A DNA stretch of 64,000 nt from Anaerolineales bacterium (GCA_034430425.1 DAOUEK010000031.1:62702-126701), one strand, 5' to 3'. Numbered from the stretch's first letter, positions 9,825 through 20,057 are shown. The notes: generated by a model not told the origin, from the sequence alone. Numbers and translations are program-made.

Positions 9825-10655
9825 ATGTGTAATATGAAAGAGCAGTTGAATCGATTAGAAGAACGAATCGAAGGTCTTGTCGAGGGGGCTTTAGGCCGAT
9901 TGCTTGGAGCGGAGATCCAACCCACTACGCTTGCGAGTCAATTGGCTCGAGCGATGATTGATGGCGTTCGAAATGGAAATGGCGATAAATTACTGGCGCC
10001 GGATCGGTATGCCCTGACCTTCAATCCTGTCGCAGTAGACATGTTGCTGGAAAAAATACCTGATTTGCGCGAAGACCTTGCGACAGGCTTATTGGAGATA
10101 GTACGTTCCAGTGGTTATAACCTCTCCCGTGAACCGCATATTACAATCGCCGCAGATCCGACACTGTCGGATCACGAGGTGCGCGTTATCGCCTGGCATA
10201 GTGAAACACTGATCGAATCGACCAAAGGAATGTCGCTGGACTTAAACCGGGAACCGGGGGAGCTGCCGATCGGTGCGTATCTCATCGTAAGCGGAACACG
10301 CCATTTCCCGTTGGATCGTCCCTTGATCAATATCGGACGCCGCCTCGATAATCACCTGATTCTGGATGAGCCCCAAGTATCCAGAACCCACGCCCAATTG
10401 CGGCTGCGAGAGTCACGCTTTGTTCTCTTCGATCTGGGATCGACCTCCGGAACGCGTGTGAACGATCGCTTGGCAAAACAGCATGTCTTGCAGCCGGGCG
10501 ATGTGATTACAATTGCCAACACCCGGCTTGTGTATGGAGAAGACCCCGAAGGACCTCCTGATGAAACCCCATCTTACCATCCCCCATTTCCACCTCGCCC
10601 AGCGGGGGATCAGCCAACCAGTACGACTCTAAAAAAGGATCAAATGGATCAGTGA
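9825..10655 (+). CDS. FhaA-like protein (DUF3662-type N-domain + FHA), copy 2 (tandem paralog)
   Basis: REPHITIAADPTLSDHEVRVIAWH, then INIGRRLDNHLILDEPQVSRTHAQL...GTRVND...GDVITIANTRLVY. Same architecture as copy 1. Alternative start at 9834. Confidence 0.85.
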   Translation: MCNMKEQLNRLEERIEGLVEGALGRLLGAEIQPTTLASQLARAMIDGVRNGNGDKLLAPDRYALTFNPVAVDMLLEKIPDLREDLATGLLEIVRSSGYNLSREPHITIAADPTLSDHEVRVIAWHSETLIESTKGMSLDLNREPGELPIGAYLIVSGTRHFPLDRPLINIGRRLDNHLILDEPQVSRTHAQLRLRESRFVLFDLGSTSGTRVNDRLAKQHVLQPGDVITIANTRLVYGEDPEGPPDETPSYHPPFPPRPAGDQPTSTTLKKDQMDQ

Positions 10656-11074
10656 ACCTGGATGTTCTCCTGCTCGCGCTTCGATTACTGGCCGCGCTGA
10701 TACTCTACGTATTTATTGGAGGCGTGGTGTATGTACTCTGGCGGGACCTACGTGCTACCAGCTTATATGCACAACAGATCCCCTCCGCATTTCTCATCGT
10801 CGAGGGGCTTCCTGAGGAATCCTGTCGGTTTACACTACAAGAGGAGAACATCATTGGACGAGCGGCTGAGAATACGATTCCGATTCTAGATGAGACTGTC
10901 TCCACACGTCATGCAAGATTGGCATTTTACAAAGGTCAGTGGCTATTGGAGGATATGGGGTCCCGGAATGGGACGCAAGTTAACGATATCCCTGTGAACG
11001 AACCCATGGTATTGACTGATGGGGATCGAATTCAATTGGGAAAAGTGGTTGCCGGATTCGAGACAGTCCGATGA
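10652..11074 (+). CDS. Membrane-anchored FHA protein (FhaB/FipA-like)
   Basis: The GTG start overlaps the upstream stop. One N-terminal TM helix (LLLALRLLAALILYVFIGGVVYVLW), then FHA: IIGRAAENTIPILDETVSTRHARL...SRNGTQVND. Confidence 0.8.
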   Translation: MNLDVLLLALRLLAALILYVFIGGVVYVLWRDLRATSLYAQQIPSAFLIVEGLPEESCRFTLQEENIIGRAAENTIPILDETVSTRHARLAFYKGQWLLEDMGSRNGTQVNDIPVNEPMVLTDGDRIQLGKVVAGFETVR

Positions 11075-11207
11075 GATTCATAGACAGAAGCATCCGGAAG
11101 ATCCGTTTGATCCTTTGACTCAGAAACCATCGAATACCGAACAGATAATTATTGCTTTTCATACTCGTCATGTGCCGGTTTCCCGTTGAAATATCCTTGG
11201 AGGGTTA

Positions 11208-12074
11208 ATGCAGACCAAACCTATACTCGGAGTTATCGGTGGATCCGGTTTGTATACCATGGATGGCATTATCAATGGAGAATATCACGATCTGGACACA
11301 CCCTTTGGAGCACCATCATCCCCTTTGTTCGTGGGCGAACGGGGTGGAAAGCGAGTCGTATTTCTGGCACGACATGGAATTGGGCACGTCTACACACCGG
11401 CAGAAGTGAATTATCGTGCCAATATCTATGCGATGAAAATGCTGGGTGTTGATCGTATTGTTGCCGTTAGTGCCTGCGGGTCTTTGCGTGAAGACTATGC
11501 CCCCGGGGAGATTGTCGTTCCCGATCAATTATTCGATCGAACGGAAAACCGCCCTCGTTCTTTCTTCGATGAAGGCATCATTGCACAGGTTACGCCTGCT
11601 GATCCTTTCTGTCCGCATTTATCACAGGCGTTGGCGAAAAGCGTCGAAGCAGCCGGCGGCTGTATTCACCATGGCGGCACCTACATCACCATACCGGGCC
11701 CACGCTTCTCAACCAGGGCGGAATCCAATACCTATCGTGCCTGGGGGATGTCGATCATAGGCATGACGACCTGCCCAGAAGCTTTCCTGGCACGTGAGGC
11801 GGAGATGTGCTATGCCGTTATGGCGCACGTCACAGATTACGATGTCTGGCATACCTCCGAAGATCCGGTGACTGTGGACGGTATCGTGCAGATTTTACGT
11901 GCAAATATAAAGTTGGCACAGGCTGCGGTGTATCTCCTTGTCGATGAATTGGATTCGTCACGAACATGCCAATGCACTAATGCACTCAGAGATACGCTGC
12001 TCACCGATCCGGAAAAACTCACTCCCGAAGTAAAAAGGAGGCTGGGCATTCTTGTCGAGCGTTATCTTCCGTAA
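11208..12074 (+). CDS. mtnP: S-methyl-5'-thioadenosine phosphorylase
   Basis: GVIGGSGLY, FLARHGIGH and IIGMTTCPEAFLAREAE, the PNP/MTAP family pattern. GGAGGG lies upstream of the ATG. Confidence 0.88.
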   Translation: MQTKPILGVIGGSGLYTMDGIINGEYHDLDTPFGAPSSPLFVGERGGKRVVFLARHGIGHVYTPAEVNYRANIYAMKMLGVDRIVAVSACGSLREDYAPGEIVVPDQLFDRTENRPRSFFDEGIIAQVTPADPFCPHLSQALAKSVEAAGGCIHHGGTYITIPGPRFSTRAESNTYRAWGMSIIGMTTCPEAFLAREAEMCYAVMAHVTDYDVWHTSEDPVTVDGIVQILRANIKLAQAAVYLLVDELDSSRTCQCTNALRDTLLTDPEKLTPEVKRRLGILVERYLP

Positions 12075-14721
12075 CCAGATCGAGGAGAACGATCGCCGCG
12101 AGGCCCTGCTGTTGGGTCTCGCTTTCACTTTCCTCTGTCTATCGTCCGTTGCTTTATATCTTGCGCCGGCTGTCAAAACGCGAACGGTGGATGCATTGGG
12201 TACACGCTGGCAGCACTTCAGTGTTTTGCCTGTTTGGTTAACAGCTGCGTATTTGCTGCGTAAGTCGCTGAAAAAAGTACGCCCGCTTCGTGATCCGTTT
12301 CTCCTGCCGATTGGATTGCTGCTGAGCGGTTGGGGGCTATTGACCATCTGGAGGCTAGCACCCGGATTCGGGCTGCGGCAGTTGGGCTGGTTTGTTATTG
12401 GGATCGGGGCGATGTTAAGTGTATTCCGGCTTCCTGCGGACCTGAGTTGGCTGCGGCGATACCGCTACTTGTGGCTGCTTGTGGGTGTTGCCCTGACGGC
12501 CTTAACGCTTTTACTGGGCACCAATCCATCCAGTATCGAACCTCGCTTATGGCTGGGATGTTGCGGTATCTATCTTCAACCTTCCGAACCCCTACGACTG
12601 TTGCTGATCTCTTTTTTCGCTTCTTACCTGGCAGATCGTATGGCGTTTCGCCTGGTGGAGCACTCGCCAATCTGGTCGCTTGTCTATGCACCGCTAATCC
12701 TAGTGTGGGGGTTATCCGTCGCCTTGCTCGTCATGCAGGGGGACGTGGGTGCAGGGGCGCTCTATCTGGTTATCCTCGCTGCGCTGCTGTATTTGGTGAT
12801 GGGAAAGCGGAATGTTCTTGTTATCGCCATTATCTTTCTGGTAATCGGCGGCCTGGTTGGCTTTGAGATGTCCGCACTTGTACACAACCGCGTACAGGCC
12901 TGGCTTGATCCCTGGATCGACCCCAGCGGAGGTTCCTATCAATTGGTCCAGGCGCTTATTGCCATCGCATCCGGTGGTGTCTTCGGGCGCGGTCCGGGAA
13001 TTGGTTCTCCCGGGTTCGTCCCCGTTATTCATTCGGATTTCGTATTTACAGCGATCGTAGAGGAGTGGGGGCTTCTAGGTGGGTTGGGCCTAATTGGCCT
13101 GCTTGCCATCCTCGTCACTCGCGGTTTTCGGGTTGCGACCAAATCCAGCGACCCATTTAAGGTGATCCTCTCTTCCGGTTTGACGATTGGCCTGGCCTTT
13201 CAGGCGATCCTCATCATCGGAGGGAATATCCGATTGCTGCCTTTGGTTGGCGTGACGCTGCCTTTTGTCTCCTACGGCGGCTCATCTCTCGTGACCAGTA
13301 TGATCGCTTTGTCTTTTCTGCTGCTGCTATCCGGCGGCTCAGCAGGATCAGATCCTTACGCAGAGCCACTGCAAAGGATTCATGGCGGGATCATGGCCGC
13401 CTGGGTGTGCTTGGTCGTACTGCTCGGGTGGTGGACGCTGTACCGCGCTCCGGTATTAACGTCACGTACGGATAATCCACGCAGGGCGGTATCCGAGCTG
13501 TACAATTTGCGCGGACGCATCGTTGATCGCTCAGGCGAAATCTTGGCGATGTCGACCGGCGACCAGGGGGCATATGAACGAGTCTATCCGGTCCCATGGG
13601 CATCAACCGTGACCGGATTCAATTCACTGGCATATGGCCAAATCGGTGTCGAACGAACGATGGATAAAGTACTGCGTGGGGAAGAAGGTTATCCATTGTC
13701 GATAAGTTGGTGGAACCGGCTTCTCAATGGGTATCCACCACCGGGATTAAACGTACGTCTGACTATCGATGGGAGCTTGCAGCGCAATGCCTGGGAGGCA
13801 CTGCAGGGCGAGACAGGCGCGATTGTGATACTCGATCCGCGGCAAGGTGAAATCCTGGCCTTGGTCTCCTCACCGGCGTTTGATCCCAATCGATTGGATG
13901 TAGATTGGCGGACGCTGATCAGTCGGGAAGATGCACCCTTGCTAAATCGCGCCACGCAAGGCCTGTATCAACCTGGAATGATATTCGCTCCGTTTACATT
14001 GGCCTGGTCGGAAACGAGCGGGTTGGTACATGTGGAGGACCAGGTGCTGGATGCAACCCGTGCGGTTTCCCTGGACGGCATGTCCTTGACTTGTATGATG
14101 GACTTACCCGATGTGGAAGAAGTTAATTATGGTCAGGTTCTGCGCGCTGGATGCCCTGGTCCTATCGCGGAATTGGGGACAAATCTGGGAGCAGATGGGC
14201 TGGAGGAAATGGCGCAGGCCTTTGAATTCACGCGTCCTCCTGCGATTCGAATCGAAACCGCCCCGATAATGGCCGTCGTGATGGGTTCTACTCCGTTGGA
14301 TTGGCAGGCCGCTGCGATCGGGCAGGGCGATCTGACGATCACACCGTTGCAGGTGGCCCGAGCCTTCAGCGCTCTTATCACAGATGGTTATTTACCCGCT
14401 TTACGCATTGTCTCTGCGGTAAAGGATGCGAATGGCCGCTGGCAGGAAGTCGAATCTCTCGGTGTGCGGGATCAAGTGATAGGCGCCGAAATTAGTGTAA
14501 AAATCCGTGCAGCGTTAGTAAGTGATTCTGGCTCGCTGCTTGGTTTTTCGGCTCGAGCGATCGCGGGGTCGGAAGAAGAGAGCTTGAGCTGGTATGTTTG
14601 TGCCCGTGTAGACGGATCGGACAATGTGCAGCTGATTTTGGTTGTTTTAGAAAACGCATCTGATGCACGCGCGAAAGCGATCGGATTATCGTTACTCGAT
14701 TCACGCCTGCCAGCCCCTTGA
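12052..14721 (+). CDS. Fusion protein: SEDS peptidoglycan polymerase (RodA/FtsW family) + class-B penicillin-binding-protein module
   Basis: The N-terminal ~430 aa is polytopic with SEDS motifs (YLQPSEPLRLLL, YQLVQALIAIASGGVFGRGPG, IHSDFVFTAIVEEWG). The C-terminal ~440 aa aligns to bPBPs (LDPRQGEILALVSSPAFDPN, NRATQGLYQPG..., IGQGDLTITPLQVARAF). The TTG start overlaps mtnP by 23 nt, so the true start may be slightly downstream. Confidence 0.85.
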   Translation: MSSVIFRNQIEENDRREALLLGLAFTFLCLSSVALYLAPAVKTRTVDALGTRWQHFSVLPVWLTAAYLLRKSLKKVRPLRDPFLLPIGLLLSGWGLLTIWRLAPGFGLRQLGWFVIGIGAMLSVFRLPADLSWLRRYRYLWLLVGVALTALTLLLGTNPSSIEPRLWLGCCGIYLQPSEPLRLLLISFFASYLADRMAFRLVEHSPIWSLVYAPLILVWGLSVALLVMQGDVGAGALYLVILAALLYLVMGKRNVLVIAIIFLVIGGLVGFEMSALVHNRVQAWLDPWIDPSGGSYQLVQALIAIASGGVFGRGPGIGSPGFVPVIHSDFVFTAIVEEWGLLGGLGLIGLLAILVTRGFRVATKSSDPFKVILSSGLTIGLAFQAILIIGGNIRLLPLVGVTLPFVSYGGSSLVTSMIALSFLLLLSGGSAGSDPYAEPLQRIHGGIMAAWVCLVVLLGWWTLYRAPVLTSRTDNPRRAVSELYNLRGRIVDRSGEILAMSTGDQGAYERVYPVPWASTVTGFNSLAYGQIGVERTMDKVLRGEEGYPLSISWWNRLLNGYPPPGLNVRLTIDGSLQRNAWEALQGETGAIVILDPRQGEILALVSSPAFDPNRLDVDWRTLISREDAPLLNRATQGLYQPGMIFAPFTLAWSETSGLVHVEDQVLDATRAVSLDGMSLTCMMDLPDVEEVNYGQVLRAGCPGPIAELGTNLGADGLEEMAQAFEFTRPPAIRIETAPIMAVVMGSTPLDWQAAAIGQGDLTITPLQVARAFSALITDGYLPALRIVSAVKDANGRWQEVESLGVRDQVIGAEISVKIRAALVSDSGSLLGFSARAIAGSEEESLSWYVCARVDGSDNVQLILVVLENASDARAKAIGLSLLDSRLPAP

Positions 14722-14840
14722 CCATGCTGATCTTCACGGCTACAATGCTTTGGCTTGTAGGCATCGAATGAAAGATGGCTCGCCGGCCGGTTACTGTCCT
14801 GTGACAGCCCGATCCGGCGGCTTGTGTGTAATGACCGTAT

Positions 14841-16157
14841 ATGTTTGAAGCTCTTACGCAACGTCTGCAAAGTGCTTTCCAGATACTCGGTAAACGCGGT
14901 CGTTTGCGTCCCGAGGATGTCGATGCTGCCCTGAAAGAAATCCGTCTCGCTTTACTCGAGGCGGACGTACATTACAAAGTTGTAAAAGAGCTGCTTGCGG
15001 TTGTGCGTGAGCGCACCTTGTGTGCAGAGGTGGCCAGGGCGCTGAATCCTGCCCAACAAGTGATCGTTGTCGTCCAGGATGTTTTGATGGCGATACTTGG
15101 TCAGCCTATCGCGCTCAACCTTGTCGGAAATAAACCGAGAATCATCATGCTGGTGGGACTGCAGGGCTCGGGTAAGACGACCACTGCGGCGAAGCTGGCC
15201 AGGTTGCTCAAGAACCAGGGAGAACGGGTATGGTTGGTAGCTGTCGATCCATACCGGCCTGCGGCCGCGGAACAGTTGGCAATTCTAGGCGAGGAGATCG
15301 ATGTGCCTGTAGCCTACGAACCCGATCTTTCGCCTCTGGAGATGAGTGAATCCGGGTTTCAATCCGCATCGAAAGCGGGAGCGAGTGTCGTAATTCTGGA
15401 CACCGCAGGTCGTTCACAAATCGATACGAGCATGATGGATGAACTCAAATCGATCGGCGATCGCCTGGAACCCATAGAAATCCTGCTTGTAGCCGACGCC
15501 ATGACAGGTCAGGAAGCGGTTAATATCGCACAAGGATTCCGGGATGTGTTAAGCATCACGGGCATGATCCTAACGAAAATGGATGGGGATGCGCGGGGCG
15601 GTGCAGCTATATCGATGAGAGCCGTCACCGGCGTACCGATCAAGTTTATCGGTGTCGGTGAAGGCAGAGATGCGCTTGAAACGTTCGATCCGGAGCGGCT
15701 CGCTTCGCGAATTCTGGGGAAAGGAGACCTGGCCGGGCTCTTCGAGAAAGCACAGATGAGCCTGGATCCTCGGCAGGCGAGCAAACAAGTCGATCGACTG
15801 CGCAGCGGTGAGTTTACCATGGAGGATTTCCTCGAACAGCTCATCATGATCCAGCGCATTGGCCCATTCGGGAAACTGGTATCCATGCTGCCCAGCGGAT
15901 TGACTGGAGGCGCACAGGTCGACCAGGATCTTGCTGAAAAACAGCTGATTCGAACGAAAGCAATGATACAATCTATGACAATATACGAGCGGCAGCATCC
16001 GCAAGTTTTAAATGCAAGCCGAAAACGACGAGTTGCTGCTGGTTCGGGCACGACAGTGCAAGAGTTGAATCAGCTCATTCGCCAATTTCGACAAGTGCAG
16101 AGGTTGGTTAAAAAAGCTGGACCAGGTGCGCTTAAAGGATTATCCAATTTGATGTAA
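14841..16157 (+). CDS. ffh: Signal recognition particle protein Ffh
   Basis: GLQGSGKTTTAAKLA, DTAGR and TKMDGDARGG GTPase motifs. Met-rich M domain. Confidence 0.93.
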   Translation: MFEALTQRLQSAFQILGKRGRLRPEDVDAALKEIRLALLEADVHYKVVKELLAVVRERTLCAEVARALNPAQQVIVVVQDVLMAILGQPIALNLVGNKPRIIMLVGLQGSGKTTTAAKLARLLKNQGERVWLVAVDPYRPAAAEQLAILGEEIDVPVAYEPDLSPLEMSESGFQSASKAGASVVILDTAGRSQIDTSMMDELKSIGDRLEPIEILLVADAMTGQEAVNIAQGFRDVLSITGMILTKMDGDARGGAAISMRAVTGVPIKFIGVGEGRDALETFDPERLASRILGKGDLAGLFEKAQMSLDPRQASKQVDRLRSGEFTMEDFLEQLIMIQRIGPFGKLVSMLPSGLTGGAQVDQDLAEKQLIRTKAMIQSMTIYERQHPQVLNASRKRRVAAGSGTTVQELNQLIRQFRQVQRLVKKAGPGALKGLSNLM

Positions 16158-16271
16158 AGACGCTGCTGAAAGAATTTCGTAACGAGGTGATACATGCTAC
16201 CTTCCTGGCATACCTCTCCCCTTGTTGCGAGGAACGGCGGCGATAATAAAAATAGGAGAGATGAAATCACA

Positions 16272-16844
16272 ATGGTTCGAATTCGATTACGCCGAGTAGG
16301 TTCTCGGAACCAACCAAGTTATAGGATCGTCGCGGCGGATAGAGAAAGTCCGCGGGACGGAAAATTCCTTGAGGTCATCGGTCACTATAATCCTCGCACC
16401 GATCCCTCGACGATTCAGATTGACGAAGCGCGTTTGTTTCACTGGATGAAGAATGGTGCACAGCCTTCTGATTCTGTTGTGTCTGCTCTCCGCTCTCTCG
16501 GAACGTGGGATCGCTGGGAGCGCTATAAAGGTGGCGAGAACCTGGAAAAACTGCTCAAGGAAGCCGAAGCAGCTATCCCAGAGGTCGATCCACGTACACG
16601 ACGGGATGATCTCATAGAAATGCGCGCTGCAAAGGAACAAAAGAAGAAAGATAAAGCAGAGCCTGAGAAGCCGGCAAAATCACAGAAAGAGACTGTACAG
16701 AAGCCGGAAGAAGACGAGGCCGAGAGCGAAGCGGAAGTCTCTGAAGAAACACCGGAAGAAAAAGCAGAGGCGGAGAGCGAAGAGGTAGAGGCCGAAGAAG
16801 ATACCCAGGAATCTGACGATTCGGAAGAAGAATCCGACGAGTAA
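16272..16844 (+). CDS. rpsP: 30S ribosomal protein S16 with ~100-aa acidic C-terminal extension
   Basis: ATG at 16272 (MVRIRLRRVGSRNQPSYRIV) with GGAGAG upstream. The core is about 88 aa. The tail is KKKDKAEPEKPAK...EAESEAEVSEETPEEKAEAESEEVEAEEDTQESDDSEEESDE. Confidence 0.9.
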   Translation: MVRIRLRRVGSRNQPSYRIVAADRESPRDGKFLEVIGHYNPRTDPSTIQIDEARLFHWMKNGAQPSDSVVSALRSLGTWDRWERYKGGENLEKLLKEAEAAIPEVDPRTRRDDLIEMRAAKEQKKKDKAEPEKPAKSQKETVQKPEEDEAESEAEVSEETPEEKAEAESEEVEAEEDTQESDDSEEESDE

Positions 16845-16974
16845 TTCACAGCATCATCGTGATATCAACGCTAAAGTTGATTCTGAGTTGTTTTCCGTTC
16901 TTTGATTTCCCATCATCTCGATCAACCTGTCCGGAATGAATCTCGTTGAGGAGTGGGGAGAAAGAAAATCTAGA

Positions 16975-17202
16975 ATGAAATCCTTGATCGAATTTATTGC
17001 CAAATCCTTGGTGGACGATCCCACGCAAGTGAAGGTCATGGAGTATACTCAACGTCGAAACGTCAGAATTACATTGAGTGTTGCAGATGAGGATATGGGT
17101 CGAGTGATAGGCCGCAAGGGACGCGTAGCGAATGCAATGCGCACGCTTTTACGTGTCGCCGCGTCGCGTCGTGGAAATCGTGTTTCCTTGGACATACTCT
17201 AG
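16975..17202 (+). CDS. KH-domain RNA-binding protein (YlqC/UPF0109 family)
   Basis: MKSLIEFIAKSLVDDP start. GxxG loop in MGRVIGRKGRVANAMRTLL. Canonical slot between rpsP and rimM. Confidence 0.85.
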   Translation: MKSLIEFIAKSLVDDPTQVKVMEYTQRRNVRITLSVADEDMGRVIGRKGRVANAMRTLLRVAASRRGNRVSLDIL

Positions 17203-17207
17203 GTAAC

Positions 17208-17753
17208 ATGTGTTCTGATAACTTTTCAACAAATGACAACGCCCGACAACCGCCAGAGTTCTTGGTTGTCGGGCGCATCGTTCGCCCACATGGTGTTCGA
17301 GGCGGGATGAAAGTCGCCGCCGATTCAGATCTTATCTACAAGCTCAATTCCTCCGTGCATATCTTCCTTGGTGACGAGAAAGTGCCAGCAGCTGTAAAAT
17401 CATTGAACTTGCATCGAAAAGAATTTCTGTTGTATATCGACGGCTGTATAAACCGAGAGACAGCTGAAAACTGGCGCGGGGCGGGTATCTACATTCGTTA
17501 CGCGGAGCTGGATCTTCTTCCTGATGGAGAATTCTTCCATTGGCAAATAGTGGGCTTGAAAGTCGTGACCACAGAGGAGGAAGAACTTGGCAAGATTGAA
17601 GATATCTTGGTGACGGGCGCAAATGATGTTTATATTGTGCGTCATGCATCTGGTAAAGAAATTTTATTGCCTGCGGTTGATTCTGTAATCCAGGAAGTCG
17701 ATCTTGAAAATGGAAGGATCGTCGTCCGGTTGATACCGGGATTAATCGAGTAA
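17208..17753 (+). CDS. rimM: 16S rRNA processing protein RimM
   Basis: VGRIVRPHGVRGGMKV, C-terminal PRC barrel (LLPAVDSVIQEVDLENGRIVV). Position after rpsP/KH. Confidence 0.88.
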   Translation: MCSDNFSTNDNARQPPEFLVVGRIVRPHGVRGGMKVAADSDLIYKLNSSVHIFLGDEKVPAAVKSLNLHRKEFLLYIDGCINRETAENWRGAGIYIRYAELDLLPDGEFFHWQIVGLKVVTTEEEELGKIEDILVTGANDVYIVRHASGKEILLPAVDSVIQEVDLENGRIVVRLIPGLIE

Positions 17754-17903
17754 CCAAACCCCCACCATATGTGTTAATGACTTATAGGTTTCAAGGAACA
17801 ATTATCTTTACGGTGAATTGTCTATACAAGTAAAAGTGCTTGCTCCATAAGAATCACTGTGGTAAACTCTGTCCGTTGTTTAAACGCCAGGTGGCAACCA
17901 ACA

Positions 17904-18281
17904 ATGAGTAAAACCAGCAACACAATGATGCTCGAGAGATTGCAAAGTTTCGAGGGTAACACACCAGATGTCGAAGCCTCAGCAATCGTAAGTGTAGATG
18001 GGTTGACGATTGCATCTTCATTTCCAATCGGAATGGCAGAAGATCGCGTTTCTGCCATGTCAGCCAGTATGTTGAATATTGGAAGTCGTATCTCAAACGA
18101 ATTGGAACGTGGTATGTTGGATGAAGTTTATATCCAGGGAAATGATGGCTATATCCTTTTAATGTCGGTGGGAAATGAAGCCCTTCTCTCTGTTATGGCG
18201 AGTCAACGAGCTAGACTGGGTCTTGTATTTTTAGAAATGCGGAAAGCAATCAGCGATTTGGGAGAACTCATTCGCATATGA
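17904..18281 (+). CDS. Roadblock/LC7 (MglB-like) domain protein
   Basis: 125 aa. ASAIVSVDGLTIASSF...AMSASMLNIGSRISNEL...VYIQGNDGYILLMSVG, the typical Roadblock pattern. ATG at 17904 preferred over the ORF-track start. Confidence 0.75.
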   Translation: MSKTSNTMMLERLQSFEGNTPDVEASAIVSVDGLTIASSFPIGMAEDRVSAMSASMLNIGSRISNELERGMLDEVYIQGNDGYILLMSVGNEALLSVMASQRARLGLVFLEMRKAISDLGELIRI

Positions 18282-18320
18282 TACCGCAGAGGACACACAC
18301 GCAAATCGGAAGTCCAACGA

Positions 18321-18362
18321 CGGTGGGGAGATCGCCGAAAATCGGTCTCCCCACCGCCTTTT
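18321..18362 (+). terminator. Intrinsic terminator-like hairpin between the Roadblock gene and pyrG
   Basis: CGGTGGGGAGA (18321-18331) pairs with TCTCCCCACCG (18346-18356), followed by CCTTTT. An overlapping alternative hairpin is CCGCCTT/AAGGCGG (18354-18369). Confidence 0.55.
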
Positions 18363-18380
18363 AAGGCGGAATCGTCTTAG

Positions 18381-20057
<1,677 letters not shown>

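Noticed and set aside
15509-16051. 180-aa and 144-aa minus-strand ORFs inside ffh
   Set aside because: They are antisense shadow ORFs of a conserved GTPase gene.
16194-16271. Upstream extension of rpsP (ORF-track start 16194)
   Set aside because: The extension has no S16 similarity. The canonical MVRIRL start at 16272 has GGAGAG upstream.
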